From positions 80,104,001-80,168,000 of the forward strand of contig OX638153.1 in the NCBI GenBank assembly GCA_951804945.1: a stretch of 64,000 nucleotides of DNA, in the 5' to 3' direction. A model generated the notes under the pieces. The model worked only from the letters and a program-made list of their open reading frames with translations. It ran no database searches and had not been told where the DNA came from. Shown here one piece after another: positions 25,014-37,237 of the stretch (its first letter is position 1; each line of letters starts with the position of its first letter). This DNA is from Podarcis cretensis (lineage: Eukaryota). Both the position numbers and the translations under genes were made by a program.

Positions 25014-27082
25014 TTACAGTCTCAGGAGAAAATAGATTTCTGGTTTATCGTCTTCGCTTGGCTTGGTCTCTAAAAGAGAATCATCTGTATAAAACCGGTC
25101 ATGGTACCCGTAGCGCAATGATGTGCATGCACCCTCCGGAACCCCTCGGTCCACCAGATTGTCCGTATTGAAGTTATCCAGATAGCTTGCTATATAAGAG
25201 CCAGTGGAATGTCTGTTGATAATGTGAGGAGGTACAAGAGGCTTATTTCTAAGGACTACCTCTGCTACATTACTGCTAGTGTTAGAAAGTTTCTGCTTAT
25301 TGGCTTCCTGTCGCTCCCTGGCACGACTAGCAATGTTTCTCACTCTGCTCTGACTCCTGGATGACAGTTTTCTCACCAACATTTTAGGGCAATCGTCGTC
25401 CTGCTTGTTACAAAATGACTGGCAGCTGTCTTCCTGATCAAAGGACACTAGCTTTCGTAACTGTTCCGTCAGGGAATCTGTAGCCTGTGGTTTCTTAGCC
25501 TTCAGAGCAGTCACCATCTTGTCTCTCATGCCAGATGTAATGAAACCTCTGCTGATATACTTGTACTTGCTTTCAAAATTGCACGAGATGTCTTCTGATG
25601 TTAAGTCTCCAAGGCTCTTGGATTTACAAGGACTTGGTTGTTTCTGAGCCGAGGGAGAAGGCAGAGAATTCTTAAGAGCAGGAGAGTTCTCCACGTTACC
25701 TGTTGGAGAGATGTTCAACAATTCATTTGGGGTGTCTGAAATGTGCAAATAATTATTGTACAAAAGATCAACACACTGATGTTCTGGGTAAGGAAGATGT
25801 TGGTTCTTCTTGCTCCTGAACTTGAAGTCTTCAAGTAGGTTGGTGGTGGAGAGATGCTCGCTGGTTAGGTTTCTGCAAATGGAACTGTCATAGCACAGAG
25901 TGTCCTGATTATGCTTAAGTTTCAGAGGAGAAGCAACTTGGCTCATATCTTCTCTCTTATATTCATAGGCAGTTATCAAGAGGTCCTGCAGCTCTCCATC
26001 AACTTCCATTAGGCTGCTGCCTGTAGAATTTACACAAGTGAAAGGGACAACGATTGTATGTTCCAAATCTGAGCTGTCTGAGATGCAAGAGTTGCTATTG
26101 CTAAGAGAGTTCCAGTTGGCTCCACACTTCCTTTTAGCGTTTGCACTTAGCCCAGGTGAAATGCAAGAAAACACTGGATAGGTATCTTCTGCAACATATT
26201 TTGCGTCCTTGCAAGGAGGTTTGCCAACTGATGCTTGGTGAGAGGCTGGAGTAAGAGAGGCCTCGTGGATAATTGTGTACAGCGAACACTCTGTTGTCTG
26301 AGGGGTTGATATCATAGTAATTTTGGGTGCTGATCCGATTGGCATTGCACTGGGAGACTTGTGGTCAAAAGATGTATTCTGATCACTTGGAGACATATGT
26401 GGTACATGTGCAGGCTTCCTATTGTCAATCTTTTTGCTAATTCCAGGAGGACTCGGAACAACAGTCAAATTAGTTTGGTCATTTGTGACATCAAACTGTC
26501 CTATCAATGCTGAGACAGAACTGCCCACATCACTCTCATCTGCTAAAGAGACCTCACTGATCAGATGAGAAATGTCACTATCTTGTATGGCTGGTATAGA
26601 ATGAAAGTCACGGACATCACTACAGGTAGGTGAAGATACATCAGGTAGTGGGGAATTGGCTATAGTACTATTTACTACTGCATGAGATCTAACGCTAGTT
26701 ACTTCTTGATGTCCTGGAGAAAGAGAATTTCCAGCTACTGGTTCTCTCTCTTTGCAAAACAGAGCATCATTCAACATCTTTTGACCCATGCAACATATAC
26801 CTTCATTCTTGTCCCTTTCAGGTTCCTCCTTTGGGTGAACAGATTCGCTGGAAAGATTACTTTTCCAATACTCTGTGGAAAAATAGGTTTCAGCGATCCC
26901 AATGGCAAAGTCTAGGCTTTCCAGCTTTTCATACACAGGTGAGCTCACATAAACGCCAGCTTCGATGGCCTCTCTTTTAAACGGAGATGAAAACTTTGCA
27001 AAAGAGAAATCTTTCTCAGGAGAAGAGGTGACCGCTTCTTTCAGGTGTGGTTGGTCCTCTTTGGTAGCTTTTTTACTTTTTG
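25014..27082 (-). CDS. PLCH1: PLCH1 terminal coding exon (Ser/Pro-rich tail ending DDKPEIYFLLRL*)
   Basis: attgatatAG acceptor at 27083, in frame (44 codons upstream) with ORF-track 25014..26948; conserved blocks KSKSLGDLTSED, LVRKLSSRSQSRVRNIASRA, NRHSTGSYIA. Confidence 0.96.
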
Positions 27083-27378
27083 CTATATCAATTTAAAAAC
27101 AAAACACAAAAACAGTAGTTAGGAAGATGCTCATCTACCTGTTTATGGCTACATTTTGTCTTGGAATAGGTAGATGGAGAATGTAAAAATCGATCACAAT
27201 TGTGAAAGGACTTAATTATGGGATTGTGCAAGTTTAGTACAAATTATTCATGTGATATGAGGAAATGAGAAAATATATAGCACTTCATTGAAGCTTTTTT
27301 TTAATGTTTCATTACATCACTGCGGGCGTGATGTAATATTTGTTGCAAAGAATGTCAATGAGGTACCATAACCATTAC

Positions 27379-27407
27379 CTTCAGCTGGGTTCCTATTCAG
27401 ATTTGTA
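27379..27407 (-). CDS. PLCH1: PLCH1 alternative 29-nt microexon adding V-Q-I-stop (short isoform)
   Basis: tttgccatgcttctgtatAG|TA CAA ATC TGA ATAGGAACCCAGCTGAAG|GTAATG; joined to the phase-1 G of the preceding exon gives GTA CAA ATC TGA; stop at 27397-27399. Confidence 0.85.
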
Positions 27408-28600
27408 CTATACAGAAGCATGGCAAACAAAGACAGAACAAAACAGCTCTGTTAAAACACCATCTGCAAACAAGAGGCATGCTTATCAAAATTCTTGAAT
27501 TACACGTCCAAATCCTGGACTCCCATGCATAGTGGCCTCAGACAAGCATCTGGCTTTCATGAAAAGAAAAGTGACTTTTCCTTTTCAGTTTCACTGGTAC
27601 ATTTTGTTTCTCGCTATTTCTGCATATATATAATTCTAGGAACTGAAGCGTGATGTCAGATTAAAACGCTTTCAAGACTGCCATGAAACAGGCTAATCTT
27701 CATCGCCATTGCATATTGACTTGGTGACACAGTAGGATCACAGATATTGGAACCTATTACCTCTAGAGTTAGTAAAGATATATAGGGACCTTTTCCAATT
27801 TCCTGTGTATGGATTTTTATTTTTTAAAAGCACCTGACTATTGGATAAGCAAAAAGAAGAGGGTTTGAACACAAGTTTGACCATGCCAAGGTTTACAAGG
27901 GTCAAGGCCTCCCTTTAATTATTTATATTTAGAAAAATATAAGCTGCTTAATTTTAAAAAAAATCTGCAAGCAATAAACATTAATATAAAATAATTATCA
28001 ACAGTAAATGGATAAAATCAGCAAAATGTAAAAGCAAATAATAAATTATATAGGCTTGTTTAAATAAAATCAAAGGTTTTAGCAGTTGTCTAAAACAATA
28101 CAGAGAAGTCACTGATGCCGCCACACTGAAATTTCAACACCTAGCAGATGCAGAATGGACATCATGTGGCACTTAGAATCATAGAATCTTAGCGCTGGAA
28201 GGGACCCATGGGTCATCCAGTCTAACCCCCTGCAATGCAGAAATCTCAGCTAAAGCTTCCTTGACAGATGGCCGTCCAACCTATGCTCAAAAACCTCCAA
28301 AGAAGTGCAAACTCCATAGATCAAAGTGGTTGAGTGGGCAAACTATTAAGGACTTTATGTACTAATAGCAAAATCTTGAGCCTGTTCCATTAACCAATGG
28401 GCAGCCTGTGCACACCTTTGAACAGAGGTATAATATGCTGGAGGTATCTCACTCCTGTCAACAATCATGTGGCAGCTTCCAGGCCAACGGCAAACGAAGC
28501 CTCACAGAGAGTGCATTTTTGCCATTTCGTCTTGAAGGTATGAATACCTGTGATCAAGCTATCTTGCTCCAGGAATGGTCATCACAGTGGCATACCCACT

Positions 28601-28988
28601 AAAGGTAAAGGTAAAGGACCCCTGACAGTTCAGTCCAGTCGCAGACGACTCTGGGGTTGCAGCGCTCATCTCGCCTTACAGGCCAAGGGAGCCGGCGTTT
28701 GTCCACAGACAGTTTTTCCAGGTCATATGGCCAGCATGACTAAGCTACTTCTGGCACAATGGAACACCAAAACCAGAACAGTGCACAGAAACACCATTTA
28801 CCTTCCCACCGGAGCGGTACCTATTTATCTACTTGCACTTTTTTGGCGTGCTTTTGAACTGCTAGGTTGGCAGAAGCTGGGACCAAGCAACAGGAGCTCA
28901 CCCCATCATGGGGATTCGAACCACCGACCTTCTGATTGGCAAGCCCAAGAGGCTCGCTGGTTTAGACCACAGCGCCACCCACGTCCCA
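28601..28988 (-). mobile_element. Sauria SINE
   Basis: tRNA-like head gggacgtgggtggcgctgtggtctaaacc, B-box ggttcgaatccc, (ACCTTT)n tail. Confidence 0.92.
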
Positions 28989-29465
28989 TAAAAACTAAAA
29001 ACCACTAAAGTTGATAGAAATGCTGGTGTATTCCCAAGATATTCCTTACTCTTGCGTTTGTTGTAACTTTAAATGAGTAAGAAATAAGCAGAATCTAATT
29101 ATTTATGGCTACTGTGGTTATCAGAGGTTAGATATACCAGGAAAGAAAAATAAATAAAGCCCATTTGCTGTCCTGCAGCCTGATACTGAATTTATTCTCG
29201 TATGGATAATTTAAGGCTCACCTATACCTATACCTATGCCTATGATATGTTGAAGATTTTCTCCCTGACACCACGGGCAATAGGATTTAACACTTTTACA
29301 TTAAATAAAAAAATAAAAACAACATTCATCAAGATTTCCTAGAAACTAGGTAAAAGTGCAACTATTACCAAAAAAATAATAATCAAGAGTCGGAATCCAT
29401 GAAAGCTTGAATACATGTATATGTTTTTAAGAAGCATTTATGAGGCCTCTATAGAAGGAACTTAC

Positions 29466-29832
29466 CAGAAGTATTTTCAGTTTTGGTGGTGTCATCAACA
29501 GGAGGTGCCTCCTGATCTGGTGATGGCAAGCCCACCAGATGGTATTTGTCAACCGGCATGGAGATGGGACGTGCCTGCAAGCTTCTACTCGTACGCCTCA
29601 GGATCTCTTCCTTCTCTTTCAAATTGGTTGCCTCAGACAAACTCTCCTTAAGCTCCGTCACTTCCTGAAACCCCATTTTGCTCTTCTTCCTGCCCTTTGC
29701 TGGCGCGCTGGCAGTGCGTCGGAGAATACGTTCCCCAATTGACCTTTTCCGAATATAATTAGCGCTGTTTTCCACAGAATTATGCTTGGGGTTCTTGTGA
29801 AAGAGCCCTCGGAGCCCTATCAGTTGCTTGTT
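29466..29832 (-). CDS. PLCH1: PLCH1 penultimate exon, NKQLIGLRGLFHKNPKHNSVENSANYIRKRSIGERILRRTASAPAKGRKKSKMGF...TENTS
   Basis: ttcttttttAG / GTAAGT; 367 nt, phase 0/1; PLC-eta RILRRTASAP motif. Confidence 0.96.
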
Positions 29833-30368
29833 CTAAAAAAGAAGAATAGAGAACGGAAAGGAGGAAAATACTACCTTTTTTGAAAATGTGGCCTATTCCA
29901 CACAAAAAACACATTTCTAAACAGCTGCTTGTGTACATCATCTGGGCGATGAATGGAGAAGAATGCCAAGCAAGCAAGCAGACAAAGTGATCAAGCCAAG
30001 CAAGTCCACACCTGGTCAACTGAGGAGAAAGCAGGCACTGCTCGCCATGAGTTCATGCATGTATGAAGGGATTTCTCTCTGTCAGGAAGGTAGCCTGCCA
30101 TGATAGCAGAGGAGTTTTACGAGAGGCCTCCTAATCACACATGACAAGCTTGCGAGAAATGTCCTGGGGTGAGAAGCTGCCCTGGGCCCAGGAGCATTTT
30201 ATGACATGGGCCACTTCGAAGCAGCAACAGCAGGCCAAGGTTTCAAACGCTTGATGGGAAATGAAGTGACACAGCAGTTAACAGATCATGCGGTTAGGGG
30301 TGTCTCCTTTAAAAAAAGGACGATCAGCGCCCAGCAAGTGCAGAAGTGGCATGCTAAATAAAAGCTAC

Positions 30369-30428
30369 CTTTGTGGCTCCTAGAAAGTGCATTATAGTAT
30401 AACTGGGGTTGAGGATTAAGGGACTCCA
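30369..30428 (-). CDS. PLCH1: PLCH1 60-nt cassette exon, WSPLILNPSYTIMHFLGATK
   Basis: cctttcAG / GTAGCT; phase 0/0; nearly identical to the recalled mammalian WSPLILNPSYTILHFLGATK; missed by the ORF track. Confidence 0.9.
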
Positions 30429-31843
30429 CTGAAAGGCAAAGAAAGGCACAGAATGATGGGCTAAATTTCCATTAATTTGGTCACATTGAAAACAACAGGA
30501 TACATCGTGTTTGTCATAGAATTATGGGTAGCCAACATGGCGCTCTCGGATGCTGTTGGATTCCATCAGACCTGAACATCTGGCTATAACCCCTGATCTT
30601 CCCGTTTTAACTCTGCACCCTACTCAGAACTAGAGGCTGGTAGATCTTTGGCTTCTGAACACCCATTTATACATCACCTATTTAAAATAAGCCCTGAGAC
30701 AACGTGCCAAAGTTCTGTGTCCATGCAGCAACAATAAAGGAATCTCCACCAAGCAAGGATGCGCCAGGGGAAAGAGAGTTACTCAAAGCCACAAGACTTG
30801 AGTAACAAGGAACAAAAAGCAGCAGCCTCAAGCTCTAGGTAGACAGGAGAGAAACATAAAAGGGAAGGAAGGGTGTGCCATAAATCAACAGCAGCCATAA
30901 ATTCACTGTACCAAACAAACACTGTTTTATTTGACAATAAACCACGTCAACCAAGCAAGGTGGATAAAGGGGTCTAACCTCAAAATTCCATTGTCTAAAA
31001 TCTGGTTTAATGAGAATAGAGCGGAACTATCTTGTAGTCCTGAAGGGCATCAAGTAATAGCTGGCAATTTTTATGGTTCCAATAGTAAACCTATAACAGG
31101 TACAGTAGGCCAGGCCCTCCAGATGTTGTTTGACACCAGCTTCCATCCACCCAAGCCAGAGGTTGTGGGAATTGTAGGCATCTATAATCATCAACAACAT
31201 CTGGAGGGATGTCTGCAGGAACTGCATGCCACAGTAAATCAAGTAATCTCTAGCTCTCCTTACCCACTGAGAGTGAAAGACAAATTTATGATTTCAGATT
31301 ATGAAGCTGGGAAGGTCAGAGATCACTTGTGCCTGACTCATAGCAGGTGTTCGGTTGTAACAATAAACCATGGTTATTGTTATAGGAATGAGCCTAGGTG
31401 AGCCTTGGGTTAACTCGTTTGCCCACCTCTTCCTATAATTTAACCACAGTTGAGAATTACATTCAAACCCTAAACTGTGCTTAACCTAGGATTCACTGAA
31501 ATAAGCCAGAACCATAAAACCAAGGTTCAAAGGAGACTTGTTTCAGTAAAACATAATCAAGATTTACCACAATTTGTGAAGGTTTTGATAAAATGAAGGG
31601 GGGAGGACTGTGGGAAAACAGAAGCAAAAGCTTCCAGTCTCCTCCTTGTGGTTCCACTCGAGAAGGTGGAGGTTGCAGATAAGCCTGAGGTTCACCTAGG
31701 CTCATCCCTGTAATAACAAACCATTGTTTATTGTTACATCTAAATGCAGCTATTGGAAGAAAGTCTATATAGGTGCTTGAGCAAAGGTACTTGTCTGGAG
31801 CTATTGGAAAAAGAGGATTTTGTCCTCTAATGTTGTAGCTAGA

Positions 31844-32300
31844 TGTCAGGGAACTGCCATCAGTACTGGAGGGAGAGTGCAAAAGCCAGAGGGATTCCAG
31901 AGAGCGTCCAGGGATCGGGAGAAGCAGCCCATCTTCTGGGGAAGAGAATCAGCGTAGCACCAGTGGAGAAGGGGGGCAGGTGGGGGAAGTGGTGAGGCGG
32001 TCCCATGACTCCTTGCCTGGGACCAGCGGGGAGAGTAGGGGTCCTCCGTTGCCCACGCCCTCCCTGCGCAGAAGGCTTTCGCGCAGAGAGGGTAGGCGGA
32101 GACTAGGCGTCAAAGTGCTTCTTTGCTGGAAGAAGTTTAAGAAACGCCCACTCACGGATTCTGCCAGCGACTGAGTCAGCCACGGGTGAGTGGCGGTCTG
32201 GACAGATAAGGTTCACTTTGGCAGCCCAGCCAGGTGTTTGCACCCAGCCAGGGAGATAGGTACCTGCTTATGCACGAGCAACCCCTTAGAAACCACTACA
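31844..32300. mobile_element. Solo LTR (457 bp) with embedded ORF
   Basis: TG...CA ends; 5-bp TSD CTAGA (31839-31843 / 32301-32305); homologous to 36618-37049. Confidence 0.88.
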
Positions 32301-33824
32301 CTAGATGACATGGTTTCCAGGCTTCTGTTACAGGCGTGCCCCCTCCTGTAAGGCAGACTAAGACTCTTAGTTTGACCTACCAGTGCTCACTAAATTGCAT
32401 CCAGTTATTAATGGTGTGGCCTTCATTAAAATATATGAGCTGAGCATAAAATATGCATTCAGCCTTCTGTCAAAAGAAACACTGCAACATTTAAGCAAGA
32501 AGATAATAGACACTGGTGGGTTTTACCAGACTGATGCCTAGTACCGGGAGGAAAAAATCAAGTCCCCAAATCCCAACTTACTGATATAGTAATTGGTATG
32601 AAAAATATTGACAGAAAAGCTCCCTTTTCTCATTTTAAAAATCCTTTCTGTTAATTCACCCCATTGCATTTCTCTGATTGTGTCACAATCTTATAAGGAT
32701 TCTCGAATTGCTAGTAGCAAGCTGCCTTATATTCAATCATGCCACTGGTCCACCTAGCTCAATATGGCATGCATGGACTGGCAGCAACTCTGCAGGCTTT
32801 GCCAGCCGAATCTAATTTGCCAGGGGTTGAACCTGGGACTTTCTGCATGAAAAGCGTTGGTTTTCCAGCTGAGCTACAGCCCCTCAGCTATAAAAAATAT
32901 TCATCCACATGAAAAAAACGAAAAAAAGACCCAAGGCAGAAATTATGAAAAAGCTTGATTCATGAAGATGACTTTTTGCCATTTTAAAACTTGGAGCAAG
33001 TTTGTAAATCTCCCATCTTCTGAAACAAAACGGAATAGCAGCAGCTTTTAATTAAGATGCATCCAAACTCAACCTCAAAAGAAAATCAATTACCTTTAAA
33101 AACTAAACCAAAACCCCAATTAAGACTGCTGCAATATATAACTATATCCAGTACTTAGATGAGAAGCAAATGCCATAGAACCCTCTTCTCTCAGGAAAAA
33201 AGTGAATTCCTGCTGAGGGTCGCTTCCCAGTCTTGCAAACCATTGAACTGGCTCCCCCAGTGGTCGCAAACAGAGATAAGGAAAATTAATTAATTTATTA
33301 GAGAAGCTGGAACATTACAGTTGGGGCAAGGCATGGGCCGACTTCAGACCCATGACACACAGCAGGATCTAGGGGATAGGGCTAACTAGCAAATTTTAGG
33401 TAAGCCCCTTATATATTAAAGCCCCTGGGTCCCCACAGCTGAAGAGGGGCTACAGACACTGACTTTTAAATAATAATGTATACTTTGGAAGCACAGTAGT
33501 GAACTAAGCAACTCATTCATGGGCGGTCAAAACAGGATATTGGACCAGATGGACTTTGAGCCTGATCCAGAAATACTGTTCTTATGTTTTTATGTTTGGG
33601 GTGGGAGTGGGAAGATATGGCAAACATTAGAGACAGGATCGCATACATTAAAAATGGGTAACTTGTTTTCTAATAATAAAAAAAACTCCTGACGTTCCGT
33701 TTACTGCTTGTTTTGTAATTTTACGCCATATTCTTTTAATATGCTACTCTTCTTCTGCCACCTGCGTGGAATAATGTTGGAAGTTGCCCTGAGGGCTCCT
33801 TTAGAGAAGAGGCATGGTATATTT

Positions 33825-33979
33825 CAGGGATGTCCAACAGGTCGATCGCGATCTACTGGTTGATCAGGGGGGCAGTCCATAGTTGATCACAGTTGATCAC
33901 TCAATCCAATGGGTAGATCACTCCCAGTTTTTTTTATAGTGGGAGTAGACCGCAGTGTCTTGAAAGTTGGACATGCCTG
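33825..33979. mobile_element. hAT MITE
   Basis: TIR CAGG(G/C)ATGTCCAAC; 8-bp TSD gtatattt. Confidence 0.88.
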
Positions 33980-34503
33980 GTATATTTTATTTCCCAGATT
34001 CATCACCGTTCATTATATGTTATGTTTCTCAACACAAGATTTTTAAAAATTATTATTTATTAAATTAGTATACTGCCCTTCATCTGAAGATCACAGGGTG
34101 GTTCACGACATAAAAATACAAAATGGGAATGCAAAATACATAATGAAACAAAAACAAACCGATAACTAACGCTGCCATAAGCATATTTAAAGGGTTATAG
34201 AACGCTAATCAGGCAAAGGCCTGGTTATAGAGAACCATTTTCACCTGGTGCCTAAACATATGTAATGAAGGTGCCAGGCCAACTTCCCTGGGGAGAGCAT
34301 TCCACAAATAGGGAGCCCGTTCTCATGTTGCCACCCTCTGGACCTCTCATGGAGGAGACACATGAAGAAGGGCCTCAGATGATGATTGCAGGGTCTGGGT
34401 TGGTTCATATGGAGAAAGGTGGCCCTTGGGGTCCTGAGAATAAAACCAACAAATCCAGAAGACCACACTGCAGGCTGCAAAATGGCAACAAAATCACCCT
34501 TAC

Positions 34504-34583
34504 CTTTCCATAAATTTCATTGATTGTTACATGAACAAATATAGAAGCTTCAGTCAGTCCCTCCAAATAAACATGACGGTAGC
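34504..34583 (-). CDS. PLCH1: PLCH1 exon (end of C2), YRHVYLEGLTEASIFVHVTINEIYGK
   Basis: ccaccAG / GTAAGG; 80 nt, phase 1/0; GYRHV.L motif. Confidence 0.97.
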
Positions 34584-35223
34584 CTGGTGGAAGTGGAAAC
34601 CAGCAATTAGTATTTGGTATGTCAAGATGCTACCTCACCAAGCTATGCATGTTAATATAGGATATACAGGCCTGCTTTAGGTGGCTGAGGATAAGACAAG
34701 AGAATGATGAGGCTTGGGCTTATTCTACCTTCCCCTTTGTACACATGAGACATTAGGCAGAAAATGTGAAGCCTGTGCTTTTCAAGGTTGTAAAGGCACA
34801 AGCAATAATGGCTATGTCCACATCCCAGGGAAAAAGACTGCACTCCAGTCTAGGCACAACTAGTCGAGGCGCAAACGTCTGCAGCATAGCCTGAATGTCC
34901 AGGGACAGAAGGACTAGGGAAATGGCCATCAAAGACATCAGTTGAAAGAATCCCCACTCAGTCCTGGTCACAAAGTCTGCCACACATAATGACTTGACTC
35001 GGCTTCCTACTCTGATGTAGACTGCTGTTTTTCCTTGTTTGCCCATGCATTTCCTTCTTTCCAACAAAACCCCACATCTCAAGCTTCATGAGCAGAAAAC
35101 AAACCTAGTTAGAGCCCCCTGCCTTCCAATCCCACAAATTTACAGGACCAGCACAAGCTGAGACATGTTGTAATTTCACCCATAGTGCCAGCCTATCAAA
35201 GATAGGTAAGCAGAGGCACTAAC

Positions 35224-35370
35224 CAGGCATAAGGCTGCTGAAGGCGACAGTCCTTTGTCCAACAAAGTCTCGGCCGATTGGATCATGATCCCAAACAAGA
35301 AACCGAACCAATGCTATCTCGGGCATGTGGATGTTGAAAGTGAGAGTTTCTTCCCACACAGGATTAAACC
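35224..35370 (-). CDS. PLCH1: PLCH1 exon (C2), FNPVWEETLTFNIHMPEIALVRFLVWDHDPIGRDFVGQRTVAFSSLMP
   Basis: cttacAG / GTTAGT; 147 nt, phase 1/1; GFNPVW...VWDHD..GRDFVGQ. Confidence 0.98.
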
Positions 35371-36329
35371 CTGTAAGGAGCAGAGAATACAAGTAGTCAA
35401 GTGCGGGAAGAGAAACAAGTCATTTAAGTACTCGCCCTGTTAACAAACCACCGAATGAGTCTACGCTGAAAGCCCAAGGGGTGTCTTACTTTGTGTTGGG
35501 TTATTCCAGCTCTGAGTCTAGTACCTGAAAATTACGGCATCCCCGAAGAATACAGAAATTGGCAATTCCTGTTATCCTGCCTTCCATTCAAAAATAGAGG
35601 TAATTTCACCCACCAGCTTAAAGCCTCATGAACACTGTAATAAAGTCTGTGCATTACAGTATATTCATCATCTTCTTTTTTTAAGTTTATAAGCATGTTC
35701 CTTGACCCTGGTGCATGGCCAAATTGAGGCAAAAAAACAGATGCAACGTGAGGCACTAAAGGTCAATTCACAAATTATACTACTTGCGAATTGTGTTCTC
35801 TTTTACACTATGCAATTTTTTGAAATATGCTGTTACCCCATAATTGCTGTCAGTACCTACCAAGTATTATCATGAAGCATCAGACACTGCTCTGGTGCTG
35901 TGCCTGAACAGGACACCTCGTCACACGTCAGACATTTCCCACTCAACATGAGAAGGTTGTTGATATGAGTGGGTTTGACAATGCGCACTCATACATTAGG
36001 AGTGGCGCTTGTGTGCACAACCCATGGACATTTTGGAGCATTTCTGAGCTCGGGCAAAAACCTGTGGTCTCAGGTCAATTCTAGCAATAGGAGCCAAGAT
36101 GAAAGTTCAACTAGTCCATTCCCACAATGCTCAAAAACACTCCAGTAGGTACCCAACTAACATAAAGAGGTTAAGTGCACAGTGTCAGTCTGCATGGAAT
36201 GAAAAGTTGCATCCCCTTTGCCCCACAAATACAAAGGGGACATGATTGGAACCACAGTGGGACAGGGCGCGGACCAAATTCTGGGGCCAAATAATGCCTA
36301 AGGCTGGCCCAGCCACAAGATACCCAGTA

Positions 36330-37200
36330 TTGACTATATGGAACTTGCCAAACTGACTGGGAGACTCCAAGACCAGAGAGAAGAGACGGTGGAAGATGAT
36401 TGGAAGAAGTTTAACGACTATTTGAAAAAAATATGTTAATATTTAAATCTTAGAATAGCTTTGGAAGTGGATATAGGCTGTAGGGTTAGAAGTAGAAGAT
36501 AGCGTGTTTTAAAATAGTATTTGTAAGTGATAAAATGTGAAGATTTTTATGGTAAAAGTAAGCGTGATAAAAAAAAATGGTTAGAAATTATGATATATGT
36601 AAACTGCTAAAGATGAGTGTCAGGGAACTGCCATCAGTGCAGGAGGGAGAGAGGAAAAGCCGGATGGATTACAGAGAGCCCCCAAAGATCGTGGAAAGCA
36701 GCTCCTCCTCGGCGGGGGAGAGTAACCATGCCTCCAGTGGAGAGGAGCTGCAGGGTTCGGAGGAGGCGAGGCGTTGCCAGGACACCTTGCCTGGGCAAAG
36801 CGGGGAGGGGAAAGGTCCACCGTTACCCATGCCCTACTTGTGCAGTAAGGTTTCGTGCAGAGAGGGGAGGCGCAGACTGGGCGTCAAGAAATTACTTTGT
36901 TGGGGAAAGTTTAAGCCCCGCCCACTCACAGACTCTGCCAGTGAATGAGTCAGCCACGGGAGAGTGGCACTCCGGACAGATAAAGTTTATTTTGCAGCAA
37001 AAACAAGGCTTCACAGCTGAGCAGGGAGCAACCCCTTGGAAACACAACAATGAGGTAAAATGAAAATCAGATAGGGGGACTTGGGGAAGCTCACCTAACA
37101 ATGTTTAGAAAAAAATAAGGATAAGACAAGAATTTGTTTGTATTGTTTGTTTTTCTGTTTGTGTTGTTTAGTTGTGTTATAAAATGAATAATATTTTTTT
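36330..37200 (+). mobile_element. L1 3' fragment (host of the LTR at 36618-37049)
   Basis: DYMELAKLTGRLQDQREETVEDDWKKFNDYLKK resembles the squamate L1 ORF2 C-terminus; AT-rich 3' UTR follows. Confidence 0.65.
36618..37049. mobile_element. Solo LTR (432 bp), same family, inserted in an L1 3' UTR
   Basis: TG...CA ends; TSD ATGAG (36613-36617 / 37050-37054). Confidence 0.88.
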
Positions 37201-37237
37201 TGGGGGGGGGAGAATGCCCACTATTGATGCTATAGAT

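Noticed and set aside
25014-26948. 644-aa ORF as a standalone single-exon gene
   Set aside because: It starts at GTG, the frame stays open up to a splice acceptor at 27083, and the peptide is the PLCH1 tail.
29875-29916. Possible extra exon (tttAG...aaag|GTAGTA) upstream of the penultimate exon
   Set aside because: It would leave an intron of only about 40 nt and contains an in-frame stop.
31844-37049. The two LTRs as the ends of one 5.2-kb provirus
   Set aside because: Each has its own TSD, they are strongly diverged, and the interval contains PLCH1 exons rather than gag/pol.
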